The notes beneath the pieces were generated by a model that did no database searches, was not told the origin of the DNA, and worked only from the letters and a program-made list of their open reading frames with translations. Both the position numbers and the translations under genes were made by a program. A DNA stretch of 64,000 bases from Candidatus Nitrosopelagicus sp. (GTDB lineage: Archaea; Thermoproteota; Nitrososphaeria; Nitrososphaerales; Nitrosopumilaceae): the NCBI GenBank assembly GCA_028345965.1, contig JAOMEP010000001.1, positions 1,872 to 65,871 on the forward strand, read 5' to 3'. Numbering within the stretch: position 1 is the stretch's first letter; every line of letters starts with the position of its first letter. This document shows, in pieces, positions 48,572-58,135 of this stretch.

Positions 48572-49269
48572 AATTGAAACCACTTTGTTTCATTGCTGCA
48601 CGAGGAGGTTCAAAAGGTGTTCCCGGAAAAAACTTGAAAGAAATTGGCGGTAGACCTTTAATTGCACACACTGTACGCAAAGCACTAAAATCTAAAATTT
48701 TTAGTTATGTAGTAGTTTCTACAGAAGATAAAAAAATTGCAAAAATTGCAAAAAAAAATGGTGCAGAAGTTCCGTTTATGCGACCTAAATATTTAGCAAC
48801 AGATAATGCTACAACTACAGATGTTATTTTACACACAATTAAAAAATTAGAACATATGAATTACAAATTTGATGTTATTGTAAATCTTGATGTGACAGTT
48901 CCATTTCTAAGAATGAAAGATGTGAAAGGTGCAGTTGAATTATTAAATAAAAAAAAATGTGATGGAGTTTTTGGGGTATACAAACAACATCTTAATCCAT
49001 ATTACAATATTGTAGAAAAAGATTCAAAGGGTTTTCTAAAACTTGTCAAACCTCTCAAAAAAAGACCAACAAGTCGTCAATCATCACCAATAGTTTATCA
49101 GATGAATGGACTGCATATAATGACAAAAAAGAGTATTAGAAAGTCTGAAACGTGGTACACGCCAAAAATTCTACCTTATGAGATTCCTATTGAAACAGGT
49201 TTAATGATCGACACACCATTCGAATTCTTAATTGCAAAACATATGTTTAAGATATTTAATTCAGATTAA
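48568..49269 (+). CDS. neuA: Acylneuraminate cytidylyltransferase (CMP-nonulosonate synthetase)
   Basis: AARGGSKGVPGKN, VSTED, PFMRP, SRQ, MNG, IDT. Confidence 0.92.
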   Translation: MKLKPLCFIAARGGSKGVPGKNLKEIGGRPLIAHTVRKALKSKIFSYVVVSTEDKKIAKIAKKNGAEVPFMRPKYLATDNATTTDVILHTIKKLEHMNYKFDVIVNLDVTVPFLRMKDVKGAVELLNKKKCDGVFGVYKQHLNPYYNIVEKDSKGFLKLVKPLKKRPTSRQSSPIVYQMNGLHIMTKKSIRKSETWYTPKILPYEIPIETGLMIDTPFEFLIAKHMFKIFNSD

Positions 49270-50798
49270 GCATTTGACTGTTCTTCAAACTTGAAATCAG
49301 TTTGAGCATAATTGAAACTCATATCATTTACATTTCGTTTAATTTTTTTGGCATCTAACTTTGGTCTTTGTTTTTTAAGATTATCCAGTCTATTTTTGTA
49401 ACCTTTAGTTCTGATGTAAGTATCTTCATTTAATCCAAGATCTAGCATTTCATTTAATTTTGCTGCGCCTTCTTTAATTGCACCCATTATTTCTTCATTG
49501 GATAATTTTGTCATATTGATATTGATATCTTGCCTTTCAGTAATAGAGTCTAAGTAAGCATCTTCATCAGTAATGAAGCCATTTACTTTTGCATAATCAT
49601 ACATTGCAGTGTATGGTAATGGCATAAGAAATCCAATACTTGGGTATAAACCGGCTTTAAGACATTGATCAAAAGTTTCTTTGATGGTTTCTTTTGTTTC
49701 TTGTGGATATCCAAACAAGACAGTTGTTTGACATATTACTCCTGCCTCTCTTAAAACACTAGCAGTATCATAGAATTCTTCAGGATTGATTTCCTTATTC
49801 ATCATTTTAAGAATTTCTTTGTTTCCAGATTCTAACGCAAAGCCAACTGAATAACAACCTGCTTCTTTCATTTTTTTAGCAACTCTTAATGCATCTTCTC
49901 CTTTAGCTCTTCCTCTAGAAAATAGATCAACACGTACAGAAGCAATCCATTTGAATTTTAAACCACTTGCAATAATCTTATTACAGAATTTCTCCATTTG
50001 AATTGCTGATGCAAAACTAAGATCGTCCCAGAAATTTATGTATTTTATGTTGTATTTACTTTGTAATTGTCCAATTTCTTCTATAATAGCATCAGGTTTT
50101 CTATTTCTATAAGGATCATCCCAAAAGACAAAATGACAAAATGAGCATCTAAATGCGCAACCTCTAGCAGTGATTACAGGGAGTGCACGCATATCTTCTG
50201 GATCAGCATCTTTGTCAGGAAATGTTTCAGGTTGAGTTATGTAACGTTCAACATCAAAGTGATCCCAATTAATCATTGGGAAATCATTGATGTCACCAAC
50301 TTTTCGATGTTCAGTTGTGGTAATTGTTCCATCATCGGCTCTAAAGGAAATTCCTTCTATAGTTTTCAAATCTTTTTCTAAACGTACTGCTTCTACTGCT
50401 TCATATGCAGATATTTCACCTTCCCCAGTTACAACGATATCTCCTTTAGTATTATTCAAGAATAATTCAGGAATTGAACCAGCGACAGAATTGCCAACAA
50501 TGATACATGAATCGGGTTGATGTTTTTTTGTCATGTTTACAAACCATTTAGTCCATTTGTAATGAGTAATTATTGTTCCAGTTAAGACAAAATCAAAATG
50601 ATTATTTTTTATATAATTTTCAACGTATTCGTCGCTAAATTCATCAATATCAATATCCAGTAATGTAAAGCGATAACCTCTAGATTCAAAATATGTCATT
50701 ACAGAAGCTAATCCAACAGGAAGTAGTTTTGTAAAACCACCAGGACGTAGACATGGCTTAACAAAAAGTAATTTTAGATCTTTTTTCTTTGCTGGCAT
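49266..50798 (-). CDS. Cobalamin-binding radical SAM enzyme (class B methylase-like), copy 1
   Basis: LPVGLASV and GEGE B12-binding domain; TARGCAFRCSFC; WDD; FALESGN. Confidence 0.9.
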   Translation of the reverse strand: MPAKKKDLKLLFVKPCLRPGGFTKLLPVGLASVMTYFESRGYRFTLLDIDIDEFSDEYVENYIKNNHFDFVLTGTIITHYKWTKWFVNMTKKHQPDSCIIVGNSVAGSIPELFLNNTKGDIVVTGEGEISAYEAVEAVRLEKDLKTIEGISFRADDGTITTTEHRKVGDINDFPMINWDHFDVERYITQPETFPDKDADPEDMRALPVITARGCAFRCSFCHFVFWDDPYRNRKPDAIIEEIGQLQSKYNIKYINFWDDLSFASAIQMEKFCNKIIASGLKFKWIASVRVDLFSRGRAKGEDALRVAKKMKEAGCYSVGFALESGNKEILKMMNKEINPEEFYDTASVLREAGVICQTTVLFGYPQETKETIKETFDQCLKAGLYPSIGFLMPLPYTAMYDYAKVNGFITDEDAYLDSITERQDININMTKLSNEEIMGAIKEGAAKLNEMLDLGLNEDTYIRTKGYKNRLDNLKKQRPKLDAKKIKRNVNDMSFNYAQTDFKFEEQSNA

Positions 50799-50854
50799 TA
50801 ATTCAAATTTTATTATTCAAGTATATAAAATATTAAGAATTTATTAAAAACAAA

Positions 50855-51316
50855 TCATATAATATCTTCTTTTTTCCATTTATTCCAGTCATAATCATCA
50901 AATGTTGTATTTTCCATCTCATTATCATTAGGTTTCCATGCTACATCTGCAAGAACTAAAATTTTAGAAATATTTTTTGAAGGATTGATTATGGCTGCAG
51001 GAGTACCATTTGAAACAGAAATTAATTTTGATTCAGTAGAATTAGTTTCAATTTCATGATATTTTTCATTTTTATCTCGGATAACAATAATCATTTTCCC
51101 CTGTAAACATAAAAAATAACTTGTACGATTTTTATGAATGTGAGGTCCTTTAATCTCTCCAGGATTAACAGAATTAACATAAACCATTTCGGGAGTTTTA
51201 ATTATTTTATCCCAATTTCTCCAGATTACTGTTAGTTCACCATTAAGACGGTTATCTTTTACATCTTTTGTTGGATATGTGTCTAAAGGTACGACTGCAA
51301 TCTCATCAATGTTCAA
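50855..51316 (-). CDS. RmlC-like cupin (NDP-sugar epimerase/isomerase)
   Basis: YVNSVNPGEIKGPHIH cupin motif; DYDW tail. Confidence 0.8.
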   Translation of the reverse strand: MNIDEIAVVPLDTYPTKDVKDNRLNGELTVIWRNWDKIIKTPEMVYVNSVNPGEIKGPHIHKNRTSYFLCLQGKMIIVIRDKNEKYHEIETNSTESKLISVSNGTPAAIINPSKNISKILVLADVAWKPNDNEMENTTFDDYDWNKWKKEDII

Positions 51317-51405
51317 TTTAAGAGAAATTCAGAATCTTACAATAAAAGCATTTTTAATATTTTATAGTAAAGAGATCTTAGACGTAACCTTATTGTAGTG
51401 CTGAT

Positions 51406-52428
51406 TTGAAAATTGAGACTATGTTTAATGGTAAAAAAGTGCTAATTACTGGTGGCACGGGTTCTTTAGGAATTGCATTAACAAAAAAAATTCTTCAAAC
51501 AGAAGTTGATACTATAAGAATTTACAGTCGAAATGAATCGAAACAAATTGAAATGCAAAATCAAGTAAACGATACACGTTTGCGTTTTTTGATAGGAGAT
51601 GTTAGAGATAAAGAAAGACTTTCAAAAGCATTAGAAGATATTGATATTGTTATTCATGCAGCAGCACTAAAACATGTACCAATTGTAGAATATAATCCAT
51701 TTGAAGCAATTAAAACAAATGTTTTAGGTAGTCAAAATGTAATTGAGTGTTGTTTGGAAGAGAATGTTGAAATAGCAATTTGTGTTGGCACAGATAAAGC
51801 AGTTTCACCTCTGAATACATATGGAGCAACTAAACATCTAATGGAAGATCTTTTCATTACAGCAAGAAACTATACAAATCCAGAAAGACACAAAACAAAA
51901 TTCATAGCAGTAAGATATGGAAATGTATTAGCAAGTAGTAATTCCGTAGTTCCAAAATTTATTGAACAGATTAAAAATGGAGAAGAACTCACAGTTACTG
52001 ATTTCTCAATGACCAGATTTAACATCACTATGAATCAAGCTACAAAACTAATTTTTGATTCTATTAAACTTGGCAATGGTGGTGAAATTTTTGTTCCTAA
52101 ATTAAAATCATACAAATTAGAAACTTTAAAAGATTCTTTATTTGAAGTTTTTAAAACATCTGTGAATATTAAAAAAATTCTTGTCAGACCTGGAGAAAAA
52201 TTTCATGAATCATTAATCAGTGAAGAAGAATTGAGAAATACCTATGAAATTGATGATTATTATGTAATTTTAGACAAACAAATGAATCAAGAAACATTTT
52301 CCAAATGGGATTGTTTAGAAGAAACTACACGTACAGAACAATATACATCAGACAAAGTTGAATTTCTCTCTAAAGATGAATTAATTGAAATTTTAGTCAA
52401 TGAAAAACTTGTAAAAGATGTTAATTGA
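51406..52428 (+). CDS. pseB: UDP-GlcNAc 4,6-dehydratase (PseB/CapD family)
   Basis: ITGGTGSLG, IYSRNESKQ, HAAALKHVP, TDKA, YGATK, RYGNV, MTRF, RPGEKFHE. Confidence 0.88.
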   Translation: MKIETMFNGKKVLITGGTGSLGIALTKKILQTEVDTIRIYSRNESKQIEMQNQVNDTRLRFLIGDVRDKERLSKALEDIDIVIHAAALKHVPIVEYNPFEAIKTNVLGSQNVIECCLEENVEIAICVGTDKAVSPLNTYGATKHLMEDLFITARNYTNPERHKTKFIAVRYGNVLASSNSVVPKFIEQIKNGEELTVTDFSMTRFNITMNQATKLIFDSIKLGNGGEIFVPKLKSYKLETLKDSLFEVFKTSVNIKKILVRPGEKFHESLISEEELRNTYEIDDYYVILDKQMNQETFSKWDCLEETTRTEQYTSDKVEFLSKDELIEILVNEKLVKDVN

Positions 52429-53204
52429 TGATTGGATGTATTGTTCAAGCTAGAATGGGATCAACAAGATTACCAGGAAAAGTTTTGAAAAATGTGGAAG
52501 AAAATAAAACAGTTCTAGACTTTGTTATAAAACAGCTACAAGAATCTAAACTGATTGATAAAATTGTAGTAGCAACTACAGATTTAGAGGAAGATAGTAA
52601 GATAATGGATTATTCAAAAAAAATAGGAATAGAATGTTTTAGAGGAGACCCAAAAAACGTTCTCAAACGGCATTATGAATGTGCAAAAAAATTTTCTATG
52701 CCAACAATAGTAAGAATTCCTTCTGATAAACCATTGATAGATCCAACTATTGTTGATCAAAATATAAAATTCTTCAATGAAAATTCATACGATTATGTTA
52801 CAAATTTTTTATCAAAATCTACTTTTCCAAGTGGTACTGAAGTAGAGATTTTTTCATATAATGCACTTGAAATTGCATATAAAAATGCAAAGCTTCCTTC
52901 AGAAAAAGAACATGTAACATCATATTTTTCAAATCATGAAAATAAATTTAAAATCAAACATGTAGAAAATTCAGAAAATTTATCAAATTTAAGATATGCA
53001 GTTGATCGTCCTGAAGATTTAGAATTAGTAAAAATAATAATTTCAAAAATTAAAAAAAGACCAATTTTGGTAAAAGATATTGTAGAACTTTTCAATTTAG
53101 AACCAGAATTAATCAAATTAAATCAAAATGTGAATAGAAATGAAGGTGATGAAAAATCTTTGAAAGAAGATAAAGAATTTATTTCTAGAAAGAAAAATGT
53201 TTAA
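52425..53204 (+). CDS. spsF: SpsF/PseF-type cytidylyltransferase
   Basis: QARMGSTRLPGKVL, FRG, RIPSDKPLIDP, EHVT, RYAVDRPED. Confidence 0.88.
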   Translation: MMIGCIVQARMGSTRLPGKVLKNVEENKTVLDFVIKQLQESKLIDKIVVATTDLEEDSKIMDYSKKIGIECFRGDPKNVLKRHYECAKKFSMPTIVRIPSDKPLIDPTIVDQNIKFFNENSYDYVTNFLSKSTFPSGTEVEIFSYNALEIAYKNAKLPSEKEHVTSYFSNHENKFKIKHVENSENLSNLRYAVDRPEDLELVKIIISKIKKRPILVKDIVELFNLEPELIKLNQNVNRNEGDEKSLKEDKEFISRKKNV

Positions 53205-53206
53205 AA

Positions 53207-54742
53207 CTATTGTTCTTCATAAGAAAATGTTTTTTGTGACCAGTTAAAACTCACATCATTCTTAATGCGTTTAATCTTCTTAGGATCTAGTCTATGGTTT
53301 TCTTTTTCAAAGAATTTTTTAGAGGTTTTGTTACCTTTTGTTTTAATGTATGTTTCTTCTGTCAAACCTAACTTCAACATATCATTTAATTGAGCAGCCC
53401 CAATTTTTATCTCATCCATTATTTCTTTATCAGATAATTTTGTCATGTTAACACAGATATCTTGTCTTTCAGTAATCGAGTCCAAATAAGCATCTTCATC
53501 AGTGATGAAACCATTTACTTTTGCATAATCATACATTGCAGTATAGGGCAATGGTAATAGAAAACCTATACTTGGGTATAGTCCAGCTTTTAAACATTGA
53601 TCAAATGTTTCTTTGATAGTATCTTTTGTTTCTATTGGATAACCAAAGATAACACTAATTGGAATGTAGATTTTTGCTTCTCTCATAATTTTTACAGTAG
53701 TTAAGAATTCATCTGGATTAACTTTTTTGTTCATCATTTCTAAAATTTCTTTATTTCCAGATTCTAATGCAAAGCCACTTGCTATACAACCATTTGCCTT
53801 CATTCTTTTAGCTACTTGTAATGCATCATCATATGATAGGTTAGCTCTTGAAAATAAATCAACACGAACTGATGCAGACCATTTAAATTTCAGACCACTT
53901 TTTTCGATTGCATCACAAAGTTTTCGTACTTGATGTGCAGAAGCAAAAGTTAAATCATCAAAAAAGTCTATGTGATTAACATTATACTTTTCTATTAAAT
54001 GTTTAATTTCTCCTAAAATACTATCTGGTGTTCTATTTCTATATGGATCATCCCAATAGACAAAATGACAAAATGAGCATCTAAATGCACATCCTCTAGC
54101 TGAAATTATTGGCATTGAGCGCACTTCTTCTTGGTTTGGTAAATCTGAAATTGAAGGAATTTTTACTTTTTGACTAATGTAACGTTCAACATCAAAATTT
54201 TCCCAATTGATAAATGGAAAGTCATTGATACTTCCTACTTTTCGATGGTCAGTTGTAGTAATAGTTCCATCAGAGTTTCTAAATGAGATTCCGGTAACAG
54301 TTTTCAAGTCTTTACCTAAACGAACAGCTTCTACTGCCTCATATGCAGAAATTTCACCTTCACCAGTTATTACAATATCACCTTTAGTTTTATTCAAAAA
54401 TAATTCTGGAATTGCACCTGCTACAGAATTACCAACAACAACATAGGATTTAGGTTGGTGTCTTTTTACCATATTAACAAACCATTTTGTCCATTTGTAA
54501 TGAGTGATTATTGTTCCAGTTAAAATAAAATCAAAATTATTATTTTTTATATAGTTTTCAACATATTCATCACTGAATTCATTAATATCAATATCCAATA
54601 GAGTGAGACGATAACCTTTGGATTCAAAATATGTCATAACTGAGGCTAAACCAAGAGGAAGAAGTTTAGTGAATCCTTGAGAACCAGGTCTTAAGCAAGG
54701 ATTAACAAAGAGTAATTTTAGATCTTTTTTCTTTGCTGGCAT
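53207..54742 (-). CDS. Cobalamin-binding radical SAM enzyme (class B methylase-like), copy 2
   Basis: Paralog of 49266-50798 with the same MPAKKKDLKLLFV start (ATG at 54742); SARGCAFRCSFC. Confidence 0.9.
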   Translation of the reverse strand: MPAKKKDLKLLFVNPCLRPGSQGFTKLLPLGLASVMTYFESKGYRLTLLDIDINEFSDEYVENYIKNNNFDFILTGTIITHYKWTKWFVNMVKRHQPKSYVVVGNSVAGAIPELFLNKTKGDIVITGEGEISAYEAVEAVRLGKDLKTVTGISFRNSDGTITTTDHRKVGSINDFPFINWENFDVERYISQKVKIPSISDLPNQEEVRSMPIISARGCAFRCSFCHFVYWDDPYRNRTPDSILGEIKHLIEKYNVNHIDFFDDLTFASAHQVRKLCDAIEKSGLKFKWSASVRVDLFSRANLSYDDALQVAKRMKANGCIASGFALESGNKEILEMMNKKVNPDEFLTTVKIMREAKIYIPISVIFGYPIETKDTIKETFDQCLKAGLYPSIGFLLPLPYTAMYDYAKVNGFITDEDAYLDSITERQDICVNMTKLSDKEIMDEIKIGAAQLNDMLKLGLTEETYIKTKGNKTSKKFFEKENHRLDPKKIKRIKNDVSFNWSQKTFSYEEQ

Positions 54743-55002
54743 GCATGATCTCAAATTAAATGACTTATATACAATACGATAAAAATCTATGAAAACATGT
54801 AGAGATTTATTCATGACTATAATAAATAATATTTTTCAAGATATTTCAAACGATCAAAGAAAAAAGAAACTTCTGGACGTTAAGAGATTTGAAAAAGACA
54901 TGGAATATTAAAAAATATTCAAGAAAAATCAAAACTCACTACAAAACAGATAGAAGATTTAGAGGATAAATTTTTGTCAAAATATAGACTAAGTTTAGTT
55001 TC

Positions 55003-55122
55003 TCAAGATTTTAAAAAATAAATAAATTCTGCTAGTTCTTTGGTATTATGCATTATGTGTGTACGTGTATCATCAAAAATTTGATGGCCTCCATATTCTG
55101 CAGTTGTTTGATATTTCAAAAA
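55003..55122 (-). pseudogene. Fragment paralogous to the N-terminus of the adjacent methyltransferase
   Basis: FLKYQTTAEYGGHQIFDDTRTHIMHNTKELAEFIYFLKS* aligns with FLRHQTNAEFGGYRLFDGTRTHLMHIPEELTDLIVFLKN of 55405-56064. Confidence 0.8.
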
Positions 55123-55247
55123 AAATTAACATTTTCAGTCACTTCAAATATTGAATATAGTTCACAATCTAGATTTTCTTGTATAAACTTCGCTAGGCCA
55201 AAGTGTAATAATCCCTGATCTATCTAAAACATCAATCTTGGTTTCAT
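55116..55247 (-). pseudogene. 5' remnant of a probable polysaccharide biosynthesis gene with a premature stop
   Basis: MKPRLMF*IDQGLLHFGLAKFIQENLDCELYSIFEVTENVNFF*; TAG where Trp is plausible; resembles (from recall) N-termini of thaumarchaeal capsule-synthesis proteins. Confidence 0.5.
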
Positions 55248-55404
55248 AATTCAAAGAATTTTTTTAGTATAAATAAAACCTGTTATGAAATTATATTGAA
55301 TATGTGAAATTTTTTAATATTGTAAAGTATCTTTGAAACTTTAGTGACGTTTTGAACATTATAGTTTATTTCTAGCATCATTCAGTTTCTTAACTAAATA
55401 AATA

Positions 55405-56064
55405 CTAATTTTTTATTGCTAGACCCACACCAAGACTAAAAAAATATTTTTTACAACTAAATTCTTTGTATAAAAAATTATTTTTTTTCTTGAACTCCTT
55501 CCATGCTTTATTTACACCAGTATAATCTTCATTTTGTATATCGTGTGCAAATATTATTCCTTTATCAGATAACATTTTAGAATAATTATCAAGATCTTTT
55601 TTTACATCCTTATATTCATGGCTTGCATCAACAAAAATCAAATCATATGGTTGGAATTTCTTTATAATTTCTAAATTTTCCTTTCTGTCAGATCTACCAC
55701 AAATTAAAGTTAAATTTTTTCTTACAATATTTGCTAGTAATTCTTGTGAACTCATTTCTGCAGTAAACGTATCTAATGCAACAATATTTTTAAAATTAAA
55801 AAATTTATGTAGTATTGTATTTACTTTACCTGAGTTAAATCCAATCTCTAAAAAATTTGAAAATTTCATCTTGTTATTATTTTCGTAATTTTTTAAAAAT
55901 ACGATTAAATCAGTTAATTCTTCTGGAATATGCATAAGATGGGTTCTAGTACCATCAAATAATCTATACCCACCAAATTCTGCATTTGTTTGATGTCTTA
56001 GAAATTCTAAAAGATCTTCTTTATCTTTCTTTGATTTTAAATCTCTAAAAATATAATTTTTCAT
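55405..56064 (-). CDS. Class I SAM-dependent methyltransferase (Methyltransf_24-like)
   Basis: FLEIGFNSG, DLIFVDASHEY, GIIFAHD, GVNKAW. Confidence 0.85.
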   Translation of the reverse strand: MKNYIFRDLKSKKDKEDLLEFLRHQTNAEFGGYRLFDGTRTHLMHIPEELTDLIVFLKNYENNNKMKFSNFLEIGFNSGKVNTILHKFFNFKNIVALDTFTAEMSSQELLANIVRKNLTLICGRSDRKENLEIIKKFQPYDLIFVDASHEYKDVKKDLDNYSKMLSDKGIIFAHDIQNEDYTGVNKAWKEFKKKNNFLYKEFSCKKYFFSLGVGLAIKN

Positions 56065-56217
56065 TCTAACTAATCATTCTTTGGGATAAATTATGGGTTA
56101 AAAAAGTTACGAAGAAAGAAGTTTTTTTAATTCTTGCAAATATTTAAAATTAAAATTTGATTTTATTTTAAAATGTCATCATCAAAAACTAGTTTTATGG
56201 AAATTTTTAATGTCTAA

Positions 56218-56928
56218 TTAGATTTGCATTTTTCGTATAATTTGGAAAGCTTCAGCGGCATTAAAACCAGATATAGACCCCCAACGTTTTGCAGAATTTT
56301 CAATGTTTTCTAGTGAACGTGGATGTGGGAATTTTTTTAATTCATTTTTATATTTTCCCATTGCATTTATTTTTGAACTTAATTCTTTTTCAATATTTAC
56401 AAAATGATTAGGTTTGAAATCATAGGAAAAAGTCCATTCAGTGGATGAAAATATCTCAAAACAGAGTATTTGTTTAATAAAAATTGAATTTGGTCTGCAT
56501 GCAGTTAATGTTGCATTACATGTAATTCTATGATCAATATTAAGATCTTTATAATGTGAAGTATAAACAATATCAGGTTTTTCTTTTAAAATAATTTTTT
56601 CAATTGTTTTTACAATTTTTAACAATGGAATTGTATCCATTTCGTTATCTGGAAAATCAAAGAAAAGTGTATTTTTAACTCCTAGTATTTTAGAAGATTT
56701 TTTTGCATCATTTTTAAGTTCCAATATTTGTTTTTTGTTTTTTTGTAAATAATGTTCGGAGAAATTATACGATGAAGAATTAGTGTAATCTATACTTCTT
56801 CTTGCATTTATTCCTGTAGTCAAATATGCAACTACAACACTATCTCCATTTTTAGTATGTTTTTTAATTGTACCTCCCATACCAAGTACTTCATCATCGG
56901 GATGTGCAACAATAACTAAGATTTTCAT
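56218..56928 (-). CDS. PIG-L/LmbE family N-deacetylase
   Basis: VAHPDDEVLG, FPDN, DLNIDH, SSTEW, FPHPRS, AEAF. Confidence 0.92.
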   Translation of the reverse strand: MKILVIVAHPDDEVLGMGGTIKKHTKNGDSVVVAYLTTGINARRSIDYTNSSSYNFSEHYLQKNKKQILELKNDAKKSSKILGVKNTLFFDFPDNEMDTIPLLKIVKTIEKIILKEKPDIVYTSHYKDLNIDHRITCNATLTACRPNSIFIKQILCFEIFSSTEWTFSYDFKPNHFVNIEKELSSKINAMGKYKNELKKFPHPRSLENIENSAKRWGSISGFNAAEAFQIIRKMQI

Positions 56929-57068
56929 ATGAGTTCAAACTTTTTCTGATATTAATTAGTTTAGAAGAATAAATTTTATAATGTAGTATTGAAAATTAAT
57001 TTGAAATTAAATATCAAAATTCTTTTGATAGTATTATTTTATTATAGCATATTTCTAGATCATATATA

Positions 57069-58124
57069 ATGAAAAATAAAAAAATCTTCATTCGTGTTGA
57101 TTCTGGTAGAGATATTGGAATTGGTCATATAATGAGATGTATGTCATTGGCAGAAACACTTGCCAGAAATAATTTTGAGGTGATTTTTATCTCAAAAAAA
57201 TTAGATGAAAAAATTTATGAACTAATAATAAAGAAAGGATATAAAATTAATATTCTTCCAGAAAATGAAAATAATGCCAATATTGTAAACCATGATGCAA
57301 TAGAAACACAAAAAATAATTGTATCAAATAAAGATGATTCTTCTTGGCTTATAGTTGATCATCGAAATATTGACATACAATGGGAACAAATCCTTCGAAA
57401 ACATGTTCAAAAAATTATTGTGATTGATGATTTGGCAGATAAACAACATGACTGTGACATGTTAATAGATCAGAATCTTTATGAAGAAATTAACGAACGA
57501 TATGAAAATCTAGTTCCAAAAAACTGTAAAATGTTGCTTGGTCCGAGATATGCTCTGTTAAGATCTGAATTCTCCAATTTAAGACAAAAATTAATCAAAA
57601 ATAGAACTGAATTAAGAAATATCCTGATATCGTTTGGGGGTACAGACCCATCTAATGAAACTCGTAAAGTCTTAGAGGCAATAAAAATTCTTAATTTAGA
57701 AAATATTCATATTGATGTTGTAACAACTAGTATCAATCCATTTAAAGATGAAATTCAACAGTTATGTTCTTCTATGACTAACATAAACTTTTATTGTGAC
57801 GTGGATAAGATTGGTGATCTTATGAGTACTTCTGATTTAGCAATAGGTGCTGGTGGAAGTACTACTTGGGAAAGATGTTGTTTAGGTTTACCTTCGCTAG
57901 TATCTGTAATTTCTGAAGATCAGTTGGAATGTACCAGAGTTATGGGGAAGGAGGGTCATATAATTTATCTCGGATTAGCTAAAAAATTAACGATTCATGA
58001 CTATGTTATAGGAATTAAAAATCTTGATATTCAAAATTTACAAAAAATCTCAAAATTAAATTTAAAACTTGTTGATGGTCAGGGTTGTCAAAGAATTTTA
58101 GATGAAATGAGATTACTGAATTGA
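57069..58124 (+). CDS. pseG: UDP-2,4-diacetamido-2,4,6-trideoxy-beta-L-altropyranose hydrolase
   Basis: FIRVD...IGIGHIMRCMSLA, IDDLA, GPRYALLR, SFGGTD, GAGGSTTWERCCLGLP. Confidence 0.88.
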   Translation: MKNKKIFIRVDSGRDIGIGHIMRCMSLAETLARNNFEVIFISKKLDEKIYELIIKKGYKINILPENENNANIVNHDAIETQKIIVSNKDDSSWLIVDHRNIDIQWEQILRKHVQKIIVIDDLADKQHDCDMLIDQNLYEEINERYENLVPKNCKMLLGPRYALLRSEFSNLRQKLIKNRTELRNILISFGGTDPSNETRKVLEAIKILNLENIHIDVVTTSINPFKDEIQQLCSSMTNINFYCDVDKIGDLMSTSDLAIGAGGSTTWERCCLGLPSLVSVISEDQLECTRVMGKEGHIIYLGLAKKLTIHDYVIGIKNLDIQNLQKISKLNLKLVDGQGCQRILDEMRLLN

Positions 58125-58135
58125 ATGAAAAAACT

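Noticed and set aside
46501-54742. RiPP or phosphonate biosynthetic cluster interpretation of the radical SAM genes
   Set aside because: No precursor peptide, peptidase, exporter or PEP mutase is visible; the neighbours are all sugar-nucleotide enzymes.
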